This document shows, piece by piece, positions 49,746 to 60,948 of a stretch of DNA of 64,000 nucleotides. The stretch lies in contig NIVC01000773.1 in assembly GCA_002269645.1 (NCBI GenBank), forward strand, positions 248,001 through 312,000, written 5' to 3'. The stretch comes from Macrostomum lignano (lineage: Eukaryota). Under the pieces are notes generated by a model, which was given only the letters and a program-made list of their open reading frames with translations, did not search any database and was not told where the DNA came from. Each line of letters starts with the position of its first letter. Position 1 is the first letter of the stretch. The translations under genes were made by a program, and so were the position numbers.

Positions 49746-51051
49746 TTAGATTTGATATTTGTGCTTCTGCGTGCAGCCATAGAACTCGCACACAGAGGCC
49801 GCCTGATAGGGAATGAGCTGTGGTCTCAGGCCAGCTCTGGCCCGGTTGATCTCGATGCTGAGCTGCGGGACGGTCGGCTTCCTGGCCTGGCAGCCAAACA
49901 CGAGCACATTGTTGACGTGGACAGATATACAGTTGTAGGTCGTTGGGTCTTCTCTGGCTAGGACAAAAATATTCGAGCCGAACTCTTTCTCCAAGCCTTG
50001 ACGCAGTTCGTGAAAAACCTGCATTTGGGAGCATGGGAAATAATATTGATTATTACATGAGCTAACTGCAGGATTGTGTCCAACCCTGGCTGCTGAAGAA
50101 ATTTTGCTCGTTCCACTGACTCCTGAGCAGGGACGTGGCCATGGTTTTTTGGGGGGGGAAGCCTAGACTTCTACACACGTACATGTACACGACTAAGTTT
50201 ACGTACATGTTTATACGTATACATTATTTTTAGAATTGGTGCTGTCAGTGCTCATTTTAGCGCCGCAGCTGCATTCATTTTAGCGCCGCAGCTGCATTCA
50301 TTTTAGCGCCGCAGCTGCATTCATTTTAGCGCCGCAGCTGCATTCATTTTAGCGCCGCAGCTGCATTCATTTTAGCGCCGCAGCTGCATTCATTTTAGCG
50401 CCGCAGCTGCATTCATTTTAGCGCCGCAGCTGCATTCATTTTAGCGCCACAGCTGCATTCATTTTAGCGCCGCAGCTGCATTCATTTTAGCGCCACAGGC
50501 ACTCATTTTAGCGCCGTAGCTGCATTCATTTTAGCGCCACAGGCTCTCATTTTAGCCCCACAGGCACTCATTTTAGCGCCGCTGGCACTCATTTTAGCGC
50601 CGCAGGCACTCACTTTAGCGCCACAGGCACTCACTTTAGCGCCACAGGCACTCACTTTAGCGCCACAGGCATTCATTTTAGCGCCGCAGCTGCATTCATT
50701 TTAGCGCCGCAGGCACTCATTTTAGCGCCACAGGCACTCACTTTAGCGCCACAGGCACTCATTTTAGCGCCGCAGCCACTCATTTTAGCGGCACTAAAAT
50801 GAGTGAACATGAGTATTCAAGTAGTATATCTAGTAATCTCCCGCAAGCCTGCATGTAAACTTAGTGCAGAGAGTAGAGTCAGAGGTACATGTGTACTGCT
50901 TTACCTGCTCCCCATGCGTGCCGTTGGAGCACAGGCTGCCATAAGTAATGATGACTTCAACCTCAGCGGCTGCCCTGGCCGACTCAATATTATCCAGCTC
51001 CTGGTCGTTGAGCTCCTGAACGTCGCTCTGCTCGCTATTTCTGTCGGCCAT
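49746..51051 (-). CDS. Small UPF0728/C10orf53-like (Rdx/thioredoxin-like fold) protein, ~139 aa
   Basis: Exons 50905-51051 (an alternative ATG lies at 51120) and 49746-50018, phase 0 (CAG|GTAAAG, CAG|GTT). EVIITYG...NCISVHVNNVLVFGC resembles the recalled VILRYG...NVVELMVNEEVIFHC. Confidence 0.6.
50249..50812. repeat. 23/21-bp minisatellite (CATTTTAGCGCCGCAGCTGCATT grading into CATTTTAGCGCCACAGGCACT)
   Basis: Intronic. It ends with one inverted partial unit (CTAAAATGAG). Confidence 0.92.
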
Positions 51052-51219
51052 ACTCGTCCGGACCAAGCAGCTGATGCCGAGGCCGGAGCTACAGGCGTCT
51101 GCTATGAAGTTAGTCGCCATCGGAGAGTTTCTGTGTCCAGTTTAGAAAAGCACCGTTTCTCTCTGATACTCGTAGAAATCCGCGCTTGTAGTTACTGAGG
51201 GTGAATTTTGAGTTCACCT

Positions 51220-51589
51220 CAGTTGGTCTGCTGCGCGCCGCCTTCAACATCGGCGTCGAGCGAGTCACCAACGCGGCACTCTATCGCCGCGCTGGCCTGC
51301 CACGTCCAAGTGATCTACTGCGCCGTCGGCGACTCCAGCTCGCAGGCCATCTCATCCGCGCCGAGTCGTACTGCCCACAGCCGGTGCAGGAGGTGCTGCT
51401 GCTCACGCTGCAGGCACCCTACCGGCGAGGTCAAGCGCGAACTCGGCGTTATGTCGACTGTCTGCTGGCTGACGCCGGCGCCCCGGACACTGCCGGTGGC
51501 GCGGCCTTTGTTCGCGCCCAAGCCATGAAGCGCGCCCTGTGACGCTGACTTTTACCATCATGACAGCGTATTTTGTTGTTGTTGTGTTG
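51220..51589 (+). mobile_element. 5'-truncated RTE-type non-LTR retrotransposon 3' end
   Basis: LLRAAFNI...RRRRLQLAGHLIR...RRGQARTRRYVD is typical of an RTE ORF2 C-terminus. It has a (GTT)n tail and a 13-bp TSD TTTGAGTTCACCT at 51207-51219 and 51590-51602. Confidence 0.85.
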
Positions 51590-52229
51590 TTTGAGTTCAC
51601 CTGTGGACTGCTATCATGATACCCTGGACTGGAAACAGCAGATTGCTTTTTGTCTGTGGCCAAAATCCTAGCTGTTGGTATGTAAGAATAGCACTCGAAA
51701 CACCGACTATTGAGCAGCATTGCATTGCAGTTCTGAGTCTCCCTTTCAGCCATGGCTTAACCCCAACTCTTCCTTTTGATGCTTGGCCTACCAATAACTC
51801 CCAATGGACCCTTGGCATCTCAGCCATTGCCCCAAGAGCCACAGCATTTCAGCGATTCCCACATAAACCTTGACTTCATGGCAATTTCCACTATGAATCT
51901 TGACATCTCAGCAACTCTTGTTCACTCGTGAACTCAACTGCCGTAGTCTATTAATGAAATGAATAAAATACATTGCCCGAAATATTTGTTCATGGCAATG
52001 ACCTCCGGACAATGACCGGCCATTTTCTGGAGGTAAAAAAACAAGACTGGACAACAATACCATAGGCGAAAAAAGTAACACGAAGCGTGAAATTCTTATA
52101 TTTATTGAAGTCCAACAAAAAATGTTCCAACAATAACACTGCTTAGTCAATTGAGTGCAAGTCTAACCTATGGTCATGTTCTCATCACGACAGCAGGAGA
52201 AAGTCCAGAAAATACGACGGTTGAGTCCA

Positions 52230-53686
52230 TTACTCAAATTTGCAACCATTGAATGAACAGTTGTGGAAACTGTACCTGACCGACGGATTGTCATGACTGA
52301 TGCCGGTGATCTGCACGGAAGACGACACAGGTACTGGCACCGGTGAACTCTCACGCAATAGAGTCGCAACAGCTTGTGAAGAACCATTCAAATCAAGTGC
52401 CATAGAAACAGCCTCACTGGTAGACTGCAGCGAGCGATCACGGCGCTTGGACAGGTAACGGCGAGTTGTCCTCTCAGAAACCTGACCGGTTATCGACATG
52501 ATGTCAGCCAGGTTGTACCCAGCAGCCTCTAGATCAGCAATCCTGCTCACTCTACAACAGAAATAAAGTATTGCATAGAAAATATGCAACTGGTTTAAAG
52601 CAATATGAAGAAAAAGGCTTACCGAATGCAATGATTCGTGTACATCTTGGACAAACCGGCCTTCTCGCTCAAGTTTCGCATGAAACGCAGGAAGTAGTTC
52701 TCCCCGCGATTCTGCTTTGTTGAGAACATAGGCTGTCCATTGGAATCCGTGTTGGATAGTGGACGCGGGAACAGATGGTTGTCCTTGGTTGTTGGAGGTA
52801 GCAGTTGTAGATATCTCCTCACTTTGGCCGTGTCGTAGATCCGAGCTTGTTTGTTGTCCGGCCTGGCCTTCGCCTTCACAGGATCGGCTGACTTATTCTT
52901 CGTTGGCAGAGCAGGAAGACAGTAGTACTCCTTGCCGTCAGAATCCGTGTGCAATTCAAGCGAGTCCCTTTGTCTCAGGAACTTCAGATGCTCCTGGCCA
53001 CGCTCTCCAAAGGAGTAAAGAACATAGAACAGAAATTTAGCCTGCTCGATTTCAGCCGTAGTCCCTTCAAAGTAGCACCGCAACTTCTGCATGTCGCCTT
53101 CTTCAATTGGTTCATACTGCCTGGTGCAGCCACCATCTCGATGGAAATCACGAACCTTGACACGCAGCATCTCGTTGCAGGATTTGAATTCCTCACCACC
53201 GATTATATCGACAGGCAGCTTCAGAACCATGCGTAGGAAACGCTGAATTCCAGCCCGGATACAGATGAGAGAGGCCGGCGAGTAGAACGAGCCATCCTGT
53301 TTCTTCAGCTTGAAGTAGAAGTACCGAAGATATTGGTTCAATGTAGGATTGTTGACATGCTGAATGTTGCGCAGATTCTCCCCTTCCAGGAAGTCTCGAA
53401 AACGTTGGCCATGCTGGTACATCTGCTTCCGAGTATCCTCAGGCAGACTCTCGATCTCGATTCTGTCCATCTCGGAAACGTCTATCTTTTCATCTCCATC
53501 GATCATTGGCAGCCCAGTATCAGCTGGACCATTTTGGACATACTTCAGGAACGCATCGAAATCTTCGTCGTGCCGATCAACGGCAGAGGATTCCGAGAGG
53601 AAGTTCAGTTCATCCTGCGTGATGTTGCCGAGGTCCTCACACGGGAGGTTACCCCAATTAATATAATGTATTATCGGGTCGCTCAT
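52230..53686 (-). CDS. Crypton/DUF3504-type tyrosine recombinase, ~461 aa, one intron
   Basis: Exons 52623-53686 and 52230-52551, with a 71-bp phase-2 intron (CG|GTAAGC...TTGTAG|A). Core-binding region LNQYLRYFY..KKQDGSFYSPASL..IRAGIQRFL. Catalytic motifs: GERG (R), TKNK (K), HCIR (H-x-x-R), TGQ (usually TGH), RRY (Y). Confidence 0.88.
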
Positions 53687-53927
53687 GATGGACAGAAAAC
53701 TCTTGAATCAACAGGTTTGGACAGACTACTTACTGCCTGGGAATCCCTCACACAAACCCCTTCACCCCCACTGAAAGTTTTGCCATAGACATTTCAACCC
53801 TCCATTCAATCAATAGGATTGTCATTGCCATGAACTCTCCACGCCTTTTGGCTTTCGTGCCATAGACGTTTGTGCCTCCTCCTTCTGGGCCACTTCGATT
53901 CGTGCCATAGATATTTCCTGCAATGAA

Positions 53928-54029
53928 GTTAACTGGAAGAGAGAACTCCAGGCAACGGCCAAATTTCCACTCGCGGCTAGCGCCGCTCGTGGCTTTGGCC
54001 GTTGCCTGGAGTTCTCTCTTCCAGTTAAC
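53928..54029. repeat. Long hairpin: 36-bp perfect inverted repeat with a 30-bp semi-palindromic spacer
   Basis: GTTAACTGGAAGAGAGAACTCCAGGCAACGGCCAAA (53928-53963) and its reverse complement (53994-54029). Confidence 0.95.
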
Positions 54030-54695
54030 CCCCCATTGCAATTCAAAATTCATGGGATTCAAGCAATAGATTTACCAAAATTCAGCAAACCTACATGCTG
54101 TTCCTATTGTTTTAATGTAATTTGATGCAAACAGATTAAAATGTTTGAATTACGATTTTTATAGGTTTTTTGTATCTGAAAAAATATCGAGATCTCAATG
54201 CTGAAATCTGAGAGTTATAATTTTAATTTTACTTAATTTTAGTTATTTTATGTCACTTTAATAGGCTCGATTGTAGGAACGGTATTCAATGAAAAAAAGA
54301 CCATGCTTAAAAGAACTAGCCTTAATAAACTCCGTTTGCATGCAATGAATGTGTTTCAAGAATGGATTTTAATTTAACACAATTATATTTAATTAAGCAG
54401 CTCTTGAATATAACTTGAGTATAAATCTGAAAATACTATATTATAACTATACGCATACTAATATTAATACAAAGATTAATAAAATGTAAAACACGTGTAC
54501 CAATAAACTGTGCAAACAACAGGCAGCAAAGCTTGATTGTTTTCCATCAGCCAATTATATTGTAGATAAGATTGAAACAGACTAGTAGAGAGTAATTAAA
54601 ATTTGAGTTAATAACTACATTGAGGTTTGCTTTGCTCCAAACAACAATATTTATATTTCAGGTCGTCAACTACTAGGAAATATCGATAAAGTGCA

Positions 54696-55333
54696 GCTGG
54701 CGGGGAGAGGAAAGAGAGAGGAAAGAGGAAAGAGGGTTTGGGGGTTAATAGCCAGACCAGAAAATCGATAACCCTCTCTTACCACCAACCCATTCTGCCA
54801 GAGTCTACAATAGCGTTTAAGTGTGGCTGGCGGGAGAAGAAAGACACATGGGGGTTAATAGCCAGACCAGAAAATCGATAACCCTCACCCACCACCCCAT
54901 TCTGCCAGTCTACAAAAGCGATTAAGTGTGGCTGGCGGGGAGAAGAAAGACACATGGGGGTTAATAGCCAGACCAGAAAATCGATAACCCTCTCTTACCA
55001 CCACCCATTCTGCCAGAGTCTACAATAGCGATTAAGTGTGGCTGGCGGGGAGAAGAAAGACACATGGGGGTTAATAGCCAGACCAGAAAATCGATAACCC
55101 TCACCCACCACCCCATTCTGCCAGTCTACAAAAGCGATTAAGTGTGGCTGGCGGGGAGAAGAAAGACACATGGGGGTTAATAGCCAGACCAGAAAATCGA
55201 TAACCCTCTCTTACCACCACCCATTCTGCCAGAGTCTACAATAGCGATTAAGTGTGGCTGGCGGGGAGAAGAAAGACACATGGGGGTTAATAGCCAGACC
55301 AGAAAATCGATAACCCTCACCCACCACCCCATT
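54696..55333. repeat. ~106/110-bp tandem repeat with alternating A/B units
   Basis: GCTGG unit starts at 54696, 54826, 54931, 55041, 55147 and 55257. Confidence 0.92.
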
Positions 55334-56423
55334 TGGTCACAAGTGCACTCAAGAAATAAAATTAAATCGTAACAATTGAATCGAACTGTCTATCCACGAA
55401 GTCTAAAATGATTGGCTGTTGGATAAAGTCAATTTTTACCGCTCAGTTGAGCAGACAGTTTCCGGATACTCGTACATGAGCCAAATTCCGTACGTAGGTG
55501 TAGGTCAATTTCTATATAAAAATCACAATATTGCTTTGCAGCAAATGGGTAAAGAAGTCAAACAAAAACTAAATTGGTGCACAATAAAGGAAACATAAAT
55601 ACACACTGATACACGCAAATGTCAAATAAAATGAATTCGTCATGAGGCAGTGACATGTCGCCACAGTTGAAATGGATTACAAGTTGCACTTTAACTTAAA
55701 TACATAAACATAAGAAATGTAGACAACAATAAAAGCTTGTGACTAACGAGGTCAAAATTGCGTTGAAGTAAAATCATAACTCAATTGCGCATAGTTTAAT
55801 AATGATAATGAGATAAGCTCATGACAGATCCTTCTATGCATTATTATGTAAGCAATAAATATATGAGAATAACTTTATAGAAAAGCCGATTCATCTCGAA
55901 CTCTATTGTTGGGGGTTATCCTGTTGTTCGTACGAGCGCAGTTATAAGTTTTGTTGCCTTAATTCACTTGTTCGCTTCTTGGCTCAAGACACGAGCTCGG
56001 GACCTTTGGCACAGATGAGCAAAAGTCATCGTATTGCCCGTTTGGATTTTGCTTTAGGTCAATGGTCAATTGACTAAATAAAGCATTATGTATAGAGTCG
56101 TATCGATAAAAGTTAACGTTTAGTAATATTATTATTTCACGAGCAACTACATATTTTAGCATATGCTGGATTAGATACTAAACACGGCGTTAGAAAAAAC
56201 AGAAAAGTACATGTAGAGAAACATGTAAATTTTATTTATAAGCTACACGCAATAATAATTAATTGAAGGGGGATGGGATTCTTTTAGATTAATAATTTTC
56301 CTGCTGCATTGGATTACCAATATCTTTTTTATTTAAGAATACAAAATTACTGAATAAGCTGTGGCAAACAAAGTGCCATAAACAGCACCCGCTTTATAAA
56401 AATTAAAAATGTTCGCCTAAACA

Positions 56424-57805
56424 TCACCCCAACCCGCCTGGGTCTTATCTACTTCCAAAACACCAATAAAATCAGTGTTGGCTTGGATAGGAAAGAGAGA
56501 GCAGGGGTAGAGGAGCCCAGCACCCCAACTCGCCTGGGTCTTATCTAATTCCAAAACACCAATAAAATCAGTGTTGGCTTAAACAGAAAAGAGAGAGCAG
56601 GGGTAGAGGAGCCCAGCACCCCAACTCGCCTGGGTCTTATCTAATTCCAAAACGCCAATAAAATCAGTGTTGGCTTGGATAGGAAAGAGAGAGCAGGGGT
56701 AGAGAAGCCCAGAACCCCAACTCGCCTGGGTCTTATATAATTCCAAAACGCCAATAAAATCAGTGTTGGCTTGGACAGGAAAGAGGAAGCAGGGGTAGAG
56801 GAGCCCACCACCCCAACTCGCCTGGGTCTTATATAATTCCAAAACACCAATAAAATCAGTGTTGGCTTGGACAGGAAAGAGGAAGCAGGGGTAGAGGAGC
56901 CCACCACCCCAACTCGCCTGGGTCTTATCTAATTCCAAAACACCAATAAAATCTGTGTTGGCTTAAACAGAAAAGAGAGAGCAGGGGTAGAGGAGCCCAG
57001 CACCCCAACTCGCCTGGGTCTTATCTAATTCCAAAACGCCAATAAAATCAGTGTTGGCTTGGATAGGAAAGAGAGAGCAGGGGTAGAGAAGCCCAGAACC
57101 CCAACTCGCCTGGGTCTTATATAATTCCAAAACGCCAATAAAATCAGTGTTGGCTTGGACAGGAAAGAGGAAGCAGGGGTAGAGGAGCCCACCACCCAAC
57201 TCGCCTGGGTCTTATATAATTCCAAAACACCAATAAAATCAGTGTTGGCTTGGACAGGAAAGAGGAAGCAGGGGTAGAGGAGCCCACCACCCCAACTCGC
57301 CTGGGTCTTATCTAATTCCAAAACACCAATAAAATCTGTGTTGGCTTAAACAGAAAAGAGAGAGCAGGGGTAGAGGAGCCCAGCACCCCAACTCGCCTGG
57401 GTCTTATCTAATTCCAAAACGCCAATAAAATCAGTGTTGGCTTGGATAGGAAAGAGAGAGCAGGGGTAGAGAAGCCCAGAACCCCAACTCGCCTGGGTCT
57501 TATATAATTCCAAAACACCAATAAAATCAGTGTTGGCTTGGACAGGAAAGAGGAAGCAGGGGTAGAGGAGCTCACCACCCCAACTCGCCTGGGTCTTATA
57601 TAATTCCAAAACGCCAATAAAATCAGTGTTGGCTTGGATAGGAAAGAGAGAGCAGGGGTAGAGAAGCCCAAAACCCCAACTCGCCTGGGTCTTATATAAT
57701 TCCAAAACACCAATAAAATCAGTGTTGGCTTAAACAGAAAAGAGAGAGCAGGGGTAGAGGAGCCCAGCACCCCAATTCGCCTGGGTCTTATCTAATTCCA
57801 AAACG
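56424..57805. repeat. 96-bp tandem repeat, ~14 copies
   Basis: CCCCAACTCGCCTGGGTCTTAT.TAATTCCAAAAC.CCAATAAAATCAGTGTTGGCTT units. There are no unique spacers. Confidence 0.95.
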
Positions 57806-58164
57806 GTTTGGATGAGGAGCTTACCACCCCAAAGTGTTACGGTTTTACGAGTATACTATGGCAAAGTAGATAGCCCTTTAAGTCTATAAAGTCTATAGAC
57901 AAAATGAGCGACATCTAATCGAAAAGATAAAAAACACTTGAACAGAAAGACAAACAGAGGTACTAAAACACAGACCAAAGTTTCTTGACTAGAATAATTT
58001 GCTAGACAGAGGTTGACTATCATAAAAACATAGCCAAAAACAATAGAAAAATTTTCGTCGTAACTGAATGGAGCAGAGACAATCCATAATGCATTGATAG
58101 ACCAAAGTCCACAAGTCTCAGTTTTTTCCTCAAAAGACTCAACCGGAGTCAGATCAACTCAAAC

Positions 58165-58428
58165 TCAAGCATTATTGACCAGATAGGCTCCGCTGTTGGG
58201 CCGGCTTCCCGTGCTCACCGTGGCCGTTTCCTCCAGCTCCTGGATCGGGTCCAGAAACGAGCAGGCCGTGGCCTGATAGAAGCCGGCGTGCTCAGCAACG
58301 GGGAACAGGGGATCAGCGGCGGGGCTCACGCCCTCGGCCAGCTGCGGATCGATGCCGGCGTAGACGGGCCGGTAGAGCGACCGGGTAGGGGAGATCGAAC
58401 CCTGGTCGGCCGCCGCCGAGGCCGACAA
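58165..58428 (-). CDS. Probable terminal exon of the membrane-protein gene
   Basis: A pyrimidine-rich acceptor (CCCATTTCCGGCAG) is followed by a GC-rich open frame ending in TGA. The link to the upstream exons is not resolved. Confidence 0.4.
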   Translation of the reverse strand: MSASAAADQGSISPTRSLYRPVYAGIDPQLAEGVSPAADPLFPVAEHAGFYQATACSFLDPIQELEETATVSTGSRPNSGAYLVNNA

Positions 58429-58659
58429 CTGCCGGAAATGGGAGGGGGGTTGGGTGGCTTGAGATCGTGAAACTGCAGCAGGGAGAGCGGCAGTTTTCTT
58501 TGCTTTTGCTTGAATATAAAAATATTTCTTGCTTTAGGGTTTAAAAAATGTAAGTGTTAAAAATCGTGAATAAATCGTTCTTTTGTTTTTCTGCCCTCGA
58601 TTTTCACTTATCCGCGCAGAAATCCCCTCCAAACTTCATCTCAATCCTCCCCTGTCTCT

Positions 58660-59020
58660 CTTGATCCTCCCCTCCTCTTTACCCTCTTCGCTCCCTCTTT
58701 ACCCTCCTCGGTCCCTCTCTACCCTCCTCTCTCCTCTTTACCCTCCTCGCTCCCTCTTTACCCTCCTCTCTCCCTCTTTACCCTCCTCTCTCCCTCTTTT
58801 CCCTCCTCTCTCCTCTTTACCCTCCTCTCTCCTTCTTTACCCTCCTCTCTCCCTATTTACCCTCCTCTCTCCTCTTTACCCTCCTCTCTCCTCTTTACCC
58901 TCCTCTCTCCCTTTTTAACCTCCTCTATCCCTCTTTACCCTCCTCTCTCCCTCTTTACCCTCCTCTCTCCCTCTTTACCCTCCTCTCTCCCTCTTTACCC
59001 TCCTCTCTCCCTCTTTACCC
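58660..59020. repeat. 20-bp pyrimidine minisatellite (CCTCCTCTCTCCCTCTTTAC)n
   Basis: Read directly from the sequence. Confidence 0.92.
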
Positions 59021-59739
59021 ATACTTCCTGATAATGCTCCATTTAGGTGTCAAAAAACCACTGACAAGAACACGTAAATTTAAAGTTTTTATCCTGCAGT
59101 TATTTATAGTTTTTCAAACGTTTACATACAATGATTTACAAATATTAAACAATCGAACGAAAACAGAATTTTTACTCCTTTTTTTATCAGCATTAAGCGT
59201 CACCGAACTACTAATAGTAAAAGATCCGCGCATAAATTGCTATTTAGACTTACCCCGTAAGAGACAGTGCGTATTCGCATTATTGAGTTCACTTAAGCAG
59301 ATATGAGCTTACGAGTATCAGTGCTAAGCTGATGTAATAATATAACAATTATAATAGCAACCATATTTACACGAGCGAGGTTCTCAACTAAATTTTATCA
59401 AAAAATTTCTTACTATCAAAAGATTATGGACATAAAACTCAAAACTTATCTAGAATTATCTTCAGAAATAAACTTTCGATACGTATATCTACCTAGCTAC
59501 TCTCTCCCATCTACCTCTTTACTCTTCTATCTACCTATCTGCTCTCTCTCCCATCTACCTCTTTACTCTCTCGTTATCTGCTTGTCTCCTCTCTCCCATC
59601 TATCGGTTTACTCTCTCTTATCTACCAGTATATTTTCACCTATCTAATAAGCTACTCCCTCCCATCTACCAGTCTACTCTCTCCCATCAACCTTTTTACT
59701 CTCTCTTATCTACTTATCTCCTTTCCCTATCTACCATTC

Positions 59740-60440
59740 TACTCTCCAATCTACCAGTCTACTCTTCTAATCTACCAGTCTACTCTTCCCATCTACCAGT
59801 CTACTCTTCTCATATACCAGTCTACTCTCTCTCATCTACCAGTCTACTCTCTCCATCTACCAGTCTACTCTCTCCATCTACCAGTCTACTCTCTCCATCT
59901 ACCAGTCTACTCTCTCCATCTACCAGTCTACTCTCTCCATCTACCAGTCTACTCTCTCCATCTACCAGTCTACTCTCTCCATCTACCAGTCTACTCTCTC
60001 CATCTACCAGTCTACTCTCTCCATCTACCTGCCTACTCTCTCCATCTACCTGCCTACTCTCTCCATCTACCAGTCTACTCTCTCCATCTACCAGTCTACT
60101 CTCTCCATCTACCTGCCTACTCTCTCCATCTACCTGCCTACTCTCTCCATCTACCTGCCTACTCTCTCCATCTACCAGTCTACTCTCTCCATCTACCAGT
60201 CTACTCTCTCCATCTACCTGCCTACTCTCTCCATCTACCAGTCTACTCTCTCCATCTACCAGTCTACTCTCTCCATCTACCAGTCTACTCTCTCCATCTA
60301 CCAGTCTACTCTCTCCATCTACCAGTCTACTCTTCTCATATACCAGTCTACTCTCTCCCATCTACCAGTCTACTCTTCTCATATACCAGTCTACTCTCTC
60401 TTATCTACCAGTCTACTCTCTAATTTTCTACCTGCCTACT
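59740..60440. repeat. 21-bp minisatellite (CTACCAGTCTACTCTCTCCAT)n
   Basis: About 30 copies. The LVDGESR ORF is an artefact. Confidence 0.95.
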
Positions 60441-60948
60441 CTCCCCATCTGTTTGTTGACTTTCTCCTATTTATCTGTCTACTCTCTGATCTACCTCCGG
60501 GTCCCTCAGTCTCCCTACTCTTCAGCAGATAAATTTTGGTCTCAAAGCGGATGCCAGCCAGGAAATTCCCAAAAGCCCGCACAAAAGCTATTTTTTAGGT
60601 TTAAAGCGCGGAGGGGCGCACAAAGTCGCAGACAGTTTGTCCGGGACCGCCAAAGTGTTCGGAGCGATGCAGGGCGCCCTTCCAGACCACTTTGAACTCG
60701 GCGGACTGCGCCAGCCAGCTGGCAGAGGCCAACAGGTCATCGCCGCCGTTGTGGCGACTCTCTGAATTGCCCGATGAGGCTTCCAGGCTGGCGTAGACGG
60801 TGGGGGACCTGACAGATGCCGTCTAAGGAGGCGCATTTCGAATATGGGATTAGTGGGGCTCTTTAATAGCAGCGAAGCGGCTGGAGACTGAACAGAGGTT
60901 AAGGGAAGGAAGGAAAGGTAAGGAACCACTGCTTGATTAATAATTGTG

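Larger units (their letters stand above)
51988..54040 (-). mobile_element. Putative Crypton-like element (ends uncertain)
   Basis: The YR gene is bracketed by the 15-bp inverted repeat GTTCATGGCAATGAC (51988-52002) / GTCATTGCCATGAAC (53821-53835). There is no TSD, and a hairpin lies at 53928-54029. Confidence 0.5.

Noticed and set aside
41400-55340. Idea that the orphan gene, UPF0728-like gene and recombinase form one giant YR-mobilised element
   Set aside because: No shared terminal repeats bracket the region, and the intervening genes look like ordinary spliced host genes.
56424-57805. Regularly spaced conserved blocks resembling a CRISPR array (also 32460-32905 and 54696-55333)
   Set aside because: The intervening sequences are repeated variants rather than unique spacers. 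There are no cas genes and the context is eukaryotic.
60588-60890. Candidate middle exon of the membrane-protein gene
   Set aside because: Two alternative acceptors give different open frames and there is no strong donor, so the coordinates could not be supported.
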